From positions 868,001 through 932,000 of the forward strand of contig JASVEC010000003.1 in the NCBI GenBank assembly GCA_030770535.1: 64,000 nucleotides of DNA. Reading direction: 5' to 3'. Each line of letters opens with the position of its first letter. The stretch's first letter is position 1. Under the pieces are notes generated by a model. The model was not told the DNA's origin and searched no databases. It worked only from the letters and a program-made list of their open reading frames with translations. Made by a program: the position numbers and the translations under genes. Below are positions 1-12,005 of this stretch, piece after piece. The stretch is from Batkoa obscura (Eukaryota).

Positions 1-522
1 TTGATTGCAATAACAGATTTTTTTTTCGTTAAATTCTTATTTTGCATCTTCTTGTTATTGAATGATTACACCAGGTAGCCTAATTTTATTAGGAATTGTT
101 TTAAAAACCTTAAAAGGCTGTTAGAATGCAAAATCAATAATAATTAATTATTATAAAAATACTAAAAAATATCCAGGAACTTATTTTTAACTTTTAAGTT
201 TAATAATATTAGATTTTCATTTTTATATTATAAACAAATCGTTAATAGATTATCTATTTTAAATTACTTTTGTAATACTAATTACATTATTTAACTTTTT
301 AAGATTAATTTAAGTTTATAAAAAATAAATATTTATATTTTAAACTTTTTAATAACAGATTATCTTGTACAATGGATTGAAACAGCTAATAGATACAGTG
401 AGACTATTTTACCATTTTGATATCATACTATTATCTTTTAAATATTGCTAAAAAAGTAAAAAAGTAAAAAGTAAAAATATTATAATTATTTTTTATTTAA
501 AAAATCAGTTTATTATAATATA

Positions 523-620
523 TGAGGATTTTTTTTTGGTTTCATCGCTTTTTCCATTTTTTAAGCGCTACTTGAGCGAAAAGATTGTTAGTAAAATTCT
601 TAAACAAAAATACATCCCCA
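523..620 (+). mobile_element. MITE family A (~100 bp)
   Basis: Core ttttaagcgcta.ttgagcg.aaagattgttagtaaaattcttaaac; ends tgagg...acatcccca. Confidence 0.8.
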
Positions 621-746
621 CATTCAAACAAAATCTTTTTTCATTTATTATATAGATTTTTTATACATTTGGATGAAATTTCGCAAATTGAAAATTATTT
701 TTTATATAAATATTTATTTACATTTAATATAAAATGACCCTGAAAA

Positions 747-1133
747 TTAAGCATAATCACAATAAAGGTTACCTCCATTTTGGACGCATTTAGTTCCCGG
801 ACCACAGTTACGATAGACCCAAGAGCCTTGAGCACAAGTCCAAAATCCATTTCCAGAGTAATCACAATACATATCACCTTCTCTACATTGATTGTTGTTG
901 TTAGCTACATTGAATTCACCTTTATATGCTCCTAACGAGGTTTTAGAAGGTGCAATATCATTAGATAATATATATTTGGGTGCAGCTACATTGCTTGAGC
1001 TCGAGCCTCCGTGCTTTTTAACAATATTGGCTTTACTCTCTTGGATGATGGATTTAACGTCTTTCATTGAGTTGGTGCCAGCTGCAAGAGCAGAGATAGA
1101 GGTAGCTAATAAAATAATGGCCTGAAATTTCAT
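747..1133 (-). CDS. Small secreted protein with C-terminal Cys-rich chitin-binding (CBM19-like) module
   Basis: Signal peptide MKFQAIILLATSISALA from ATG at 1133; C-terminal CREGDMYCDYSGNGFWTCAQGSWVYRNCGPGTKC has the CBM19-type Cys/aromatic pattern; single exon. Confidence 0.7.
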   Translation of the reverse strand: MKFQAIILLATSISALAAGTNSMKDVKSIIQESKANIVKKHGGSSSSNVAAPKYILSNDIAPSKTSLGAYKGEFNVANNNNQCREGDMYCDYSGNGFWTCAQGSWVYRNCGPGTKCVQNGGNLYCDYA

Positions 1134-1793
1134 TGTTTGATAGAATAGCAATTTTTTTGTTATAATGAATTGGAGTAGTAAGCCCTTCCTATTTATACTA
1201 CATTTTTTAATAGTTTGATATTATTCATTTAATAGTCAAAGTTTAAAATAGAATCAAAGCTTGAACTTTAGTTTTAAATTAATAGTCTGTACTATTTTCG
1301 TTCGTTCTGGCATGAATTTATTTTAAAAATACTTTACTTATGCTGCTTTGCTATTCCATTCTCCATTTAAAAATACTATCTTATTACAATAAAACATTCT
1401 GACCGAATTATATAGGCTTATTTATATCATCTTTATCTATTTAATTAGTTTTGTCGTAATCCTAAAAGGATCATAGCTATCGTTACTTGTATTTTATTTG
1501 ACACTATCCATCGTACATCTGATAAATAACTCCCTCTTTAGAGGACAAAGTGTATAATATAGTATAAAAGTAAGACGCTACTTTTGAAACCAATGAATAG
1601 AAAATTCTTTAACACTTTGTAAGAACTCTTAATATCACTAAAATATAATTTCTGACACTATACGAAATAATAATAAATGTCAAAGTTCAAATTAAATATT
1701 TCTATATGCGCTTTTCATACAGTCTATTTTTAAGTTACTAATTTTGGTTGATGAATTGACTCAACTAATCAAGTTGTTTGTAATGTTTCAATA

Positions 1794-1923
1794 CACTTTC
1801 GTACACATAAAATCGGCTTAAGGTAAGGGACTGCAGCATTACCAATAATTTATGTAGGAATAATTTCTTAAAATATTAACTGTTGCAGCCAGTAATTTAT
1901 TAGTTTTTATGTGCACGAAAATG
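1794..1923. mobile_element. TA-flanked MITE-like element with ~20-bp TIR
   Basis: ta|cactttcgtacacataaaa ... ttttatgtgcacgaaaatg|ta. Confidence 0.65.
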
Positions 1924-2021
1924 TATCGAAGCATTCTGAACTACTTAATAAAATAAATTCAGTCCATAGAAGCTATTGAATAATGATAGTTGCTAAAAAT
2001 AACTATCAATATTAACATGTA

Positions 2022-2238
2022 TGGGTTAGTTTAAAAGCTTGATTCGAATTTTTACAATTTGATTTTTTGCAAAAATTATAAATTAAGCACCAAATGTTAC
2101 AAAAATATTTGAGTTATTGTAAAATCAAGCAAAAAAGCATGTTGAAACGTTTTTTTAAAATTTTACACTACATAAGAAATAGACAAAGTGAATTGGAAAT
2201 TTTATTCTTGATTTCAACTTACCTTTTAAATTTACCCA
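2022..2238 (+). mobile_element. MITE family B (~217 bp)
   Basis: ta|tgggttagtttaaaag ... cttttaaatttaccca|ta; near-identical inverted copy at 7614-7827. Confidence 0.8.
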
Positions 2239-2378
2239 TAATAATTTGAAAAATTAAATTAAAACTAATTAAAATTTGAAAACTAATAGTACATAAATTA
2301 TATTAAATTTATTTTAAATTACTAAAAAAACTATAAAAATAATGCCAAAAACTGCGATATTAAGCTTGATTGTTCAGC

Positions 2379-3947
2379 TTAGGGCCTATAAAATAACTTA
2401 TAAACATCTCTGGTACACTGCCCACCGACCCTAGGGTCAAATAATATCCTGAAGTAGCTACCATCCGAGCATAACACTACAATCAAATATTTTAGTTTCC
2501 GCTAATAGGCAAGTAAATGAATTACCAATGATAGCATTTGAATTTTTGATTGGAGAGAATCCACAAATACATTTCGTTTCATTAGGAAGTGTGTATGAGG
2601 CATACGACCACTCAGAGTCGAAATATTTTGGCAATAGGTCTTTCATAAAAGATAAACTAAAAATAAAATTTATGTATTAAATTCATCTTTTATTAATTAC
2701 CTTGATTGTCGATTCCCCAAATTCGGCCTTAAACTACTGATTGTTATTTATTTTATACTATTTTACAAATTCAATCTTACTTTATACTACCTTGACCATT
2801 CTCCGCCTTTGGGTTAAACCCATCAATCAAAGCTAAATTAAATATGTGTATCGTTCCTTTATCTGAACTAACACATATTCTTGTTGATTCTTGATTAAAT
2901 GCTATACTAAAAGAATATAAAAAAATAACATTATAACAGATAATAAATTACCAATATATCTCAGCTCTATCAACCCCACGTCTAAACTCGTGTAGTACTT
3001 TACCCGAAGAGGTATTAAACACTCTTATTAAAGTACCCTTGAAATTTTAAATTAGCTGAAACCAACCAATTATATGATATTTACCTTTTCACTAGCCGAG
3101 GCCAATAAAGTGCCATTTTCATTTAAAGCGATACAAGATAATTTAGAAGTGTGAGCTGCAATAATTGAAATTGGAGGCGGTTTTGAAGGTGCATTCATAA
3201 TGATAGAATTGGCTAACGAAGAAGTAGCTGAATTATAGTTTGATTCTCCATCATGGCTAAAGTTCAGACCAATATCTATTAACTGTATATGCCCTTTTTG
3301 TATCCCTGGTATGGCCAACATAGATTTGCTCAAAGACTGCGATACAGTTATTAATCCTAATTTATAGTGTAAAAACCATTTTCCTTTTTTGTATTTGATA
3401 TATAAAAATACCTTTATTATTTAAGCTTGTTTCAAAAGTATATAGTTTTTGTGGTATATCCCCAAACGAATAAACAAATGTTTTTGTAGCTAAAACTACA
3501 ATTAGCCTAGAATAATTTATATTTTATAATCATAATATAAATATATTACTTACCTATCTCTTCTCAATTTAATTCCTTTAACTACAGATCTAAATTCCAG
3601 CTCAAAAACAAATTTTGATTTTATGTCATCCCAAATCATCACTTTATTTGGTGGAAATTTTGGATTCTTCCCGCCGCCCACCAAAGCTACAAAGTTTGAA
3701 CGATATAACATCTCTATTCCTCCAATACCACCATCCTCATACTCTATTACGAATTAGATTCTACAGTTAATTGTGGCTAATATAAAATTAATTAAGCATT
3801 ACCTTTCCTTGATTTCTCATGCAATGGATCACTATTGAATATCTTAAAGCCTTTATCTGTACCTATGGCTATACATCCAAAATCCTGGTTAAAACTGGTG
3901 GAGAGTAAGCCTGATGTTTCTCCAAAACAATTGGTTTCTAAGTTCAT
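2379..3947 (-). CDS. HSV2: PROPPIN WD40 phosphoinositide-binding protein (Hsv2/WIPI3/WDR45-like, Atg18 family), multi-exon
   Basis: Spliced translation gives [79 protein letters not shown] (FRRG lipid motif), [16 protein letters not shown]; short GT-AG introns. Confidence 0.88.
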
Positions 3948-4105
3948 TAATATCCGCTTTTTATTTTGAGTTGATTTTATAAAAATAATTTGAAAATATT
4001 TTTTATTTTAAAAAAAATAGTTTAGTGAGACTGCTTTTTAAAATAATAAAAACGCGCTGATTTGCTCAGCCTTTTTTTAATCAATTAAATTGATAATTCA
4101 ATATA

Positions 4106-4268
4106 GAACTGTTGCAACTCTTTTGCGACTTTCTTAGTGGTAATTTTTATAATTGACTTATTTGAAATAGCAACTTTTAAATTCTGTTCTTTATCCTTGA
4201 TGAATTTTAATATAAATTTACTTCTTAAATAAGTAATTGATTAAGTCACAAAAAAGTTGTAACAACTG
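4106..4268 (+). mobile_element. MITE family C (Tc1/mariner-like ends, ~165 bp)
   Basis: ta|gaactgttgcaactctttt ... aaaaaagttgtaacaactg|ta; inverted homolog at 36286-36451. Confidence 0.65.
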
Positions 4269-4635
4269 TAAATAGGAAATAAAAATGCATTAGTTTTTAT
4301 TTCTCGTACATTAGGTCCTGATATAAAAAGAAAAAATTATATTATAATATTGTGTAAAATAACTTAGATTAATTAAATACACGATAAACCAAACTATATA
4401 AACTCATTAATTCTACTAAAGGAACGGTCTAACTCAATAAAAATTAAACCGAAAAGGATGGGTATCCAAACATAAACCTACAGCAAATAATCAATTGAGA
4501 ATATTTGAAATGAGGTCATACCTTAAAGCCAAGGAAAAAAGCCAAACTCCAACAAAAAGACTAACCAAACACTACTATTTAAAAAGAAAAAAATCAAGAG
4601 ATTACTTTTTTAAATTTAAACTAAAACAATAAATA

Positions 4636-5055
4636 ATGAGTTCAGATAACAATAAAGTTCAAGTCAGTTTAGATAACAAGAATGAATTAATACATTCGCC
4701 AGTTCAAGAATCGAGCCAGCCTCCACCACCTTATAATATTGAAGAGAGCAGCCACACAAAACACGGAATTGAAAGTGATCCTTTGATAACAACTCAACCA
4801 ACTGCAACTTTGATTAACCAGCCCGGTTTGTTACAACTAACTCAAAGAGGACCAGCCACCTTAGTCTGCCCATTTGAAAACATTCCAGTGGTTACTGAAG
4901 TAAAGTATGAAGCAGGTCTTAAAGCAGGTTTGTGTTCAGTTGCCGTGTGCTTCCTTTTCTGGCCCATGTTTTGGTTACCACTCGTTACCAAGTCGTTTAA
5001 AGAAGAAGTACATTCCTGCCCTTCATGTAAAAGAGCTATTGCTGTCGCTCCTTGA
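4636..5055 (+). CDS. LITAF-like zinc-ribbon membrane-associated protein
   Basis: PPPPY motif, CPFE, ~22-aa hydrophobic segment, HSCPSC. Confidence 0.85.
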   Translation: MSSDNNKVQVSLDNKNELIHSPVQESSQPPPPYNIEESSHTKHGIESDPLITTQPTATLINQPGLLQLTQRGPATLVCPFENIPVVTEVKYEAGLKAGLCSVAVCFLFWPMFWLPLVTKSFKEEVHSCPSCKRAIAVAP

Positions 5056-5191
5056 GTCGTTTTTCCTTTTTAACTTATATATACTTAGTAATAAATTATA
5101 ACAGATTTAAAAAACGATGTTAGTGTTCCTTTAGATTTATTATTTAAACGAATATGCGATAAATTCGTGCATGAAGAGTTATAGTGTATTA

Positions 5192-5625
5192 TTACTCATA
5201 AAGTGCATGTATAATAGTTGTACCCAATTTTAGAAGTTTAAAACCGGTATTAGCAATAGCAACAATCCGCTTACAAGAAGGACAACCACGAACCTCCTCA
5301 TAAATTGAGTTACTATTGAATAATGCGATATCCGAAAGAAGACAAAACGAAGCTTATTAGAGTAGAATTTTGACTTCCCAGGGAATACAAGAAAGAAAGG
5401 ATAGAAATGGATATGCTAAAATACCATAGACCCAGCTTGATGATTAACCTTATTAATTTTTATTTTATTTTTCAAATGGGGGAAGTAAAATTGCTGCGCC
5501 CTTTCTAAATAACTTTGAGACTTTAAGTTGCTTTACAAGAACAGTTTAGTTTGAGTAGATTGAATCATCAACTCTGCATGATAGCTGGAGATGAGTAAAT
5601 AAAACGCTTTCTCTTCTATAATAAC
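5192..5625 (-). pseudogene. Decayed LITAF paralog
   Basis: Fragments KQLKVSKLFRKGAAILLPPFEK* and YEEVRGCPSCKRIVAIA, with stops and frameshifts; 5' boundary approximate. Confidence 0.75.
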
Positions 5626-5965
5626 CCATAAAGCTTTGATGTTGTTAGCAGATTTTCTAGTGTAGATGGAGAGATTTAAAAACTAATTAGAATAAGAAAA
5701 AGGTTATTAATTTGTATCTTATACATAGTATGTGTTTGTACCCTTAGTTCTTAAAATTAGTAGCAACGGGGAACTATACTCATAACACTTATCTTTAATT
5801 AGAAAATCTAGAATAAATCAAGTCTGCAGTAACAGTGAACTTTGGGTACAAGATTAAACATAAGGATTAAATTACCTGTAAATTTGGTTTTATTGTATAA
5901 ACGAGCATAGGAAAGATTCACAAATGAAAAATTAATGTTAATAATTAAGTAATATTTGTACATAT

Positions 5966-6395
5966 TAAACTCTACCCAACCTCCAGCTTATTTGGTAATA
6001 GCAACGGTTCGATTACAGAAAGACAGTTATGAGCCTGAAGGTAAAAAGAATTGTTAAACATTAAAATTGTCAAAAGATGATAGAGAAAGCAAAAATAATC
6101 ACAGCAATATATGATCCAAGAATCTCCAAGATAAAAAGACGCACAAAGAAAAAAGGGAAAAAATCAACTTAAGTAAAATATCTTAAGCTCAGATTGATAA
6201 CCACCCTTGGTGATTATCTGAATATCTTTGAAGGGGGGAATTTAGACTACTACCCATCTGTTAAGTAAATATAAAGCTTCTGATTGTTTGACAAGGATAG
6301 CTTGGTTTGAATACGGTGACCCGATGGAATTGTATAATGGTATGGAGGGAGTAATAAGTAACTATTCAGCTTTATAGCTCGTGGTTTTGACGCTA
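5966..6395 (-). pseudogene. Decayed LITAF paralog
   Basis: SIGSPYSNQAILVKQSEAL, PPFKDIQIITK, CNRTVAITK*AGGWVEFN resemble paralogs at 10951 and 6669; several stops; boundaries approximate. Confidence 0.75.
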
Positions 6396-6668
6396 TAATT
6401 AGTTAAAAGGTTATAAAATTAATAACATAGCCAAAATAAAGTTTTTATTGTATTTATAGCATTAGAAAAATTTATAGCCTCAATTTCAATAAATGAATAT
6501 TATTTTATACGGTTTATTTTAATTTGTGAATTTAGGAACAATCAAGACTAAAGAAATAATGGACTTTAATTGTAAACTGATCAATAATAAGAATAAAGCT
6601 ACTTTTATTGTTTAGCTTTAATATATAAGTAGATACGTATGAATTCAATAAACGAATACTATATATTA

Positions 6669-7127
6669 TTATTCGTCAAGGTAACGTACTGAGTTGTACT
6701 CTGCCCAGCCTCCAGCCTGTTTAGCAACAGCAACAACCCGATTACAAGAAGGACAACGATGAATCTGGTCATAATAAGGGCTATATTGGACGATCAAAAC
6801 GACTGTAGGAAAAATAAATAGAAGCAACAAAAATATAGTATAATATGCTTCAAATGCTCCCAAGGCGAAGATGCTTGAAAGAGAACAGAAGAGGAAAGTG
6901 AGTAAAGCTACGAATAGCTTAGGCTTAGGCTCATACGCAACCTTGGTAGTTACTTCTTTATCTTCAAATGGGCAGATCAAAGCTGCTATACCCCTTCTGG
7001 GTAATTGTAGGATTTCGAATTGCTTTATAAGGATCGTTTTTTTTGAATAGGATGGAACTGGAACGGTTGGTTTATATGATGGTGGGGAATGTGTGAATTT
7101 GGCACTTTCAATATTTGAGTAATTCAT
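6669..7127 (-). CDS. LITAF-like protein with extended hydrophobic region
   Basis: PPSY, CPFE, ~45-aa hydrophobic stretch, HRCPSC. Confidence 0.82.
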   Translation of the reverse strand: MNYSNIESAKFTHSPPSYKPTVPVPSYSKKTILIKQFEILQLPRRGIAALICPFEDKEVTTKVAYEPKPKLFVALLTFLFCSLSSIFALGAFEAYYTIFLLLLFIFPTVVLIVQYSPYYDQIHRCPSCNRVVAVAKQAGGWAEYNSVRYLDE

Positions 7128-7245
7128 GAATCTTTAATTTTGGAAATTATTTTTTGAGTTAACCTGATTAAACTTTAGTTCATTTTTACTTATATCACCA
7201 ATTTATTACTATATCATTTTTTCATAATTTGATTTTTTGAGGCTA

Positions 7246-7269
7246 CCACTTTAAGACCAGGTGGCAAAA
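7246..7269 (-). promoter_or_regulatory. Conserved LITAF-paralog upstream motif containing an E-box (CAGGTG)
   Basis: ccactttaagaccaggtggcaaaa; related copies at the same distance upstream of two other paralogs. Confidence 0.5.
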
Positions 7270-7495
7270 GATCTTTGGTTAAAGTAGTTATAATGGAGCC
7301 AAGGCAAAAGATTTTTTTATGGGATAGGATTTTTTGAGTAGTTGAATTTAAATTTAGCTTCAAATATTAGGCATCCTTGCCTAACGTCGAAAATTTTGCA
7401 GAGTTTTTATAGTGATGGCTGTAGGCTACAATAGAAGAGTTACTTTTTTCAAAGTTACTAATTTCAAAGAAGAAAAAATTCAATCGAAATAAACA

Positions 7496-7596
7496 TGGGG
7501 ATGTATTTCTTTGTTTAAGAATTTTACTAACAACCTTTCCACTCAAATAGCGCTTAAAAAATGAAAAAAATAATGAAGCCAAAAAAAACACCCCCA
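7496..7596 (-). mobile_element. MITE family A
   Basis: tggggatgt...cacccccca ends, family core in reverse orientation. Confidence 0.8.
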
Positions 7597-7613
7597 TATC
7601 TAGGTTAAAAACC

Positions 7614-7827
7614 TAAGTTTAAAAGGTAAGTTGAAATCAAGAATAAATTTTCCAATTACTTTTTGTCTATTTCTTATGTAGTGTAAAATTTTAAAAAAAC
7701 GTTTCAACATGTTTTTTTGCTTGATTTTACAATAACTCAAATATTTTTGTAACATTTGGTGCTTAATTTATAATTTTTGCAAAAAATCAAATTGTAAAAA
7801 TTCGAATCAAGCTTTTAAACTAACCCA
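7614..7827 (-). mobile_element. MITE family B, truncated at one end
   Basis: Reverse complement of 2022-2233. Confidence 0.8.
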
Positions 7828-9395
7828 TAACTGGTTTTCACATTATAGCATTACAGCTACTAAAAAAGGAAAGTGGATGTTGTACTAATAAAAAACAATC
7901 AACATTTAATTGTTGATTATCATGGAACAAAATGAGATATTATATAGTATTTTCTGAAATGATCAAGTCAAAAAAATGAAAAAATGAGTCAGGGACCAAG
8001 TATATCTTAAGTTCATCTATGCACTAATCAAATATTCATTTAAAAATAATAATTTTAATATTGTCTTTTTTAAATGAACGTTTAGGAAATGCACATTGAG
8101 CTTAAAATGTGGTTAGTTTTTTGACTCTAATTTCCATTTTTTTTCAACCTGATTATTTCAGGAAATGGTGTAATGTTGATTTTGATTTTAAGCTATTAGA
8201 AATTAATTTTATTGAAAATTTTAAGGGTCCAAATTGCTATTTTAATTAGTGATATTACTTTTTTTAGGCCAAATTTTGCAACATTAGGCAAGAATACTTA
8301 ATAACAAAATATTATTTAAGTTTAATAAAATTTATAAAAAATAAAATAATTGGCTTATATTCAACATTTTTAACTTATTGTTTTAAAAATTATTGATAAA
8401 TAAACAGTAATATAAACTATTAAACAGTGAGCCTTATGTTGTATTTATTTATTAGTAACGATATTAAATAAACATAATATTTAATAAATATCATCTCCAA
8501 TTCTGTTTTTTAATACAAACTATATATCAATCAAGTTTTTTTGACTACTTGTCCAATCGAACGGCTTTGTATATTAAAGCCATTAAAATTATAAAAGTGG
8601 ATAAGAATCAAACATTATAGAGATTTAAAGAATAAGAATGTGATAAGAACCTTCATAATAGCATTCAATCTAAGTACTGGATGGATTTCAATTGTTTTGG
8701 GATAATCTTGGTTCTGTGGTATAGATAGGGGAATTGTTTGAATAAGAGTTTTCATGTCACTCTACTACTAGGGCTTTGAAAGGAGATAAAGTAGATTAAC
8801 TTTAATAAAAAATTATCATTAATATTAACTTAAAGTACCATTTGATATATTTATATATTATTATATATGTATCGTGGTTAATAATACCAGATAGTATTTT
8901 ACTTTAAAATAGCTTTATAACAAATTCAAGCCATTCTAGAGATATCTTAACTTTACCAATTGCACGTATAAATTCACTGAGACTAGTTAATTTAAAGTTA
9001 GTTTTGTATGGTTTTATTAAAACATAACAAGAAATTGAATACTAGTTTTAGATTGAATTTAAATTTTCACTATGAATAAGTAACTAGATATCTTCAATTA
9101 GACCTTAAACCCCTATATTTACTTTAAATAAAAGTAAATCAAAGGCATTTGTGAACGCTAAAAAATCAAGTGATAGGAAAAACCTCGAATAACCCACTCC
9201 AAGGAAATCTAGGAAGCGGTTTAAAAGTAGTTTAAGGGAACTTTGTGATGAAAGAAATTCACATTATTATTATTTTAATAATCTCATCACCAATAGTTAG
9301 CTTAATTTGTATTAGTTGACACATTTATTTTCATGCTAAATAAAAACTAAAAAGTATATAAAGAAAATGAAGTTTAATATTACAGGTAATTAAAA

Positions 9396-9833
9396 ATGTA
9401 TTATTCACCAGAAGATAAAATCCAATTCATTGTCTGCTTTATCCTCTTCCTTACTTGGTTCTTATGTATGATTCCAGTAAGGATAGCCCAGTGGAAAGCT
9501 AATGATGGCTTTGATATTAATAATCCTCGTGAACAATATAAAACTTTACCAGGATTTGCACAACGCGCCCTATATGCTCATAACAATATAAATGAAGGTT
9601 TTGTATGGTTTGCTTTTTCTATACTGGCAAATAAAATAGGTAATGGTAATGAAACAGCAGCAGCCGTGCTTGCTTTAATTTATCTTATTGCTAGATTAGT
9701 TTTTATTCCAGCTTATATATTTGATAAAGCATCAATTCGTGCTGTTGCTTTCATAATTGGTTTCTTGGCCAACCTTATACTTTTTACTGTTCCACTCGTA
9801 TCAAACTCAATTTACTATCCCCCTTCTCTTTAA
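9396..9833 (+). CDS. MAPEG family membrane protein (microsomal glutathione transferase-like)
   Basis: DINNPREQ, AQRALYAHNNINEGF, YLIARLVFIPAYIFD..IRAVAF; four hydrophobic segments. Confidence 0.85.
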   Translation: MYYSPEDKIQFIVCFILFLTWFLCMIPVRIAQWKANDGFDINNPREQYKTLPGFAQRALYAHNNINEGFVWFAFSILANKIGNGNETAAAVLALIYLIARLVFIPAYIFDKASIRAVAFIIGFLANLILFTVPLVSNSIYYPPSL

Positions 9834-10574
9834 TTTAGATTATGATCCCTGATACATGTAAATAAAAGGATATTTTTATAATGTGTATTTCTTTTAATGT
9901 TATAAAAATAAACTATCGCATAAATAAGACATTTAGCTCTAATCTTTCAAGATTTTAAAAATCTACTACAAAAAACTTAAATGAATCTTTTAACTAAACA
10001 GATAGTTTGATCATTTAAAAACTAAGGTGTTCTATTTAGCTCTCTACTCAAAAGAATTATAATAATCATATACACTATTGTGTTCATTTTTAAATTTATT
10101 GTCGTTAATAATAAAAATAGTACATAGATGTTGTAATAACTGTAAAATCAAATTTTGATTTTAACTAATTTTTTAAATAAATTTTCTATCTACTTTCAAA
10201 ATAAGCAGTGATTTATTTCATCTATAAAGAGTATAAATTAAAAAATTGATAAAATCAAACATCAAATGTAACAAGAAAGAGATATGGAAGTTGATGAATG
10301 AAATTGAAAGATAACTAAATAAAGGGATGTTACCTTGATCCTTTAATGATGGAAAACTATTAAAACTGCACTTATTTTTTAGCATAAGATTTAAAAGCAA
10401 ATAATACAATGCCTTTATTTTATTAAATACATTCTCTGCTTTAATCCGCTAATTTAATAAAATTATATCAAATATTTTTATACATTTGTTTAAAATTATC
10501 AGCTTTTGATTAATTACATTAATAAAGTAAGGGCTTTTATTTTCTTATTTTTTGACTATTTTCCATTTATTATA

Positions 10575-10673
10575 TGGGGTGTTTTTTTTGGTTTCATTAC
10601 TTTTTGCATTTTTAAGCACTATTTGAGCAGAAAAATTGTTAGTAAAATTCTTAAATATAGAAATACATCCCCA
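10575..10673 (+). mobile_element. MITE family A
   Basis: ta|tggggtgt...acatcccca|ta. Confidence 0.8.
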
Positions 10674-10950
10674 TATATCTATATACTCAGAGTTTTTATA
10701 GCTTATACTATGAAATTTAATGTTTTCTTGTAAACTATGATATAATCCTAATACTTGCGTTTTAAAAAATAATATAAATAATATAAATAATATTATCATC
10801 TTTAAAAATAAAATCCCTGAAGTTAATAATAAAAGAAGCATAAACTAGTTAAAATGTTTACTTTATTTAATAGCTTTGTAAATAAAAATTCTAATATTAC
10901 TATTAACTGAGATATGATATTTACGCCACACTTTAACTTCAGCTATGTAA

Positions 10951-11355
10951 TCACTTGGCAATAGCAACAATTCGATCACAAGAAGAGCAACGATGAACCT
11001 CGAGGTGAAAAAAATCTCTTTCTGAGATAAAAATTCCGAAAAAGAAGTAAAAGTAGATATAATAAAACATAATAGGATACAAATCTAAAAACACCAAGAG
11101 CGAAAGAATTACAAAGAAAACAAGGAGAAAAGCAATTGCACCAAAAAACACCTTAAACTCGGGCTGATAATTAATCTTGGTGATTACTTCTTTATTTTCA
11201 AATGGACAAACTAAAATGGCTACTCCTCTCCTAGTTAATTTTAAGACTTCAGGTTGCTTTATAAGTATAGCTTGGTTTGGATGAGATGAACCGATTGCCA
11301 TATATGATGGTGGAGACTGATTCAATTTACCACTTTCAACATCTAAATTATCCAT
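10951..11355 (-). CDS. LITAF-like protein with extended hydrophobic region
   Basis: PPSY, CPFE, hydrophobic core, HRCSSC. Confidence 0.8.
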   Translation of the reverse strand: MDNLDVESGKLNQSPPSYMAIGSSHPNQAILIKQPEVLKLTRRGVAILVCPFENKEVITKINYQPEFKVFFGAIAFLLVFFVILSLLVFLDLYPIMFYYIYFYFFFGIFISERDFFHLEVHRCSSCDRIVAIAK

Positions 11356-11481
11356 AAATTTTTGATTTTAAAAATTATTTTTAGAATTAAATTATTATTT
11401 TTTCTTTTCTTTTTTTATTTATATACATATTTTGCTACAATACGGTTTTTTATTTACTTTAAATATTTGTATTTTACTGGT

Positions 11482-11502
11482 TTTTAAGATCACATGGCAA
11501 AA
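11482..11502 (-). promoter_or_regulatory. Conserved LITAF-paralog upstream motif (E-box CACATG)
   Basis: ttttaagatcacatggcaaaa, E-box ~136 bp upstream of ATG 11355. Confidence 0.5.
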
Positions 11503-12005
11503 TATGTTAAAGTCAATGAAAAAGCTCTAAAATGTTTTCATCAATTTTAAGGAAACTGGTAATGTAAATCTGAAGACATGGACTGGTGTAGAAGGATGCA
11601 AAATGTATGCCTAATTATTAACAATAATGAGGAAATATTAATAATTGAGCAGATGTCTTGAGTTGAACTAGTTTACATCCTCAAATTACATTAGTATATT
11701 TTTTAAAAAGATAGCAAATTATTGGAGAAAATATCATTTTATTTTCTATTTAGAAATTGATCAATGTTTTTTATTGTAAACTTGATAGCTTTAATAAAAA
11801 GCATTAAAGTTTCCTTACCCCTAAAAATCAAGTATGATCAATGAGTGTTATGTATGGGATCAATATCAGTCTTATCCGAACAACCAACTGAATGTAAAAT
11901 TGTTACAAATTTAACCAATAGAAATTAATGAGACGTCATAAAAAATTTAAGTACATAAAAATGAATCAAATATTTTAATCAATTGCAACTTGCAATTAAC
12001 TGTAA

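Larger units (their letters stand above)
7365..8303. mobile_element. Older TIR element hosting nested MITEs
   Basis: ~34-bp imperfect inverted repeats tattaggcatccttgcctaacgtcgaaaattttg / caaattttgcaacattaggcaagaatacttaata. Confidence 0.55.

Noticed and set aside
8560..8800. Short minus-strand frame MKTLIQTIPLSIP...
   Set aside because: Under 50 aa and no similarity to neighbouring families that I can support
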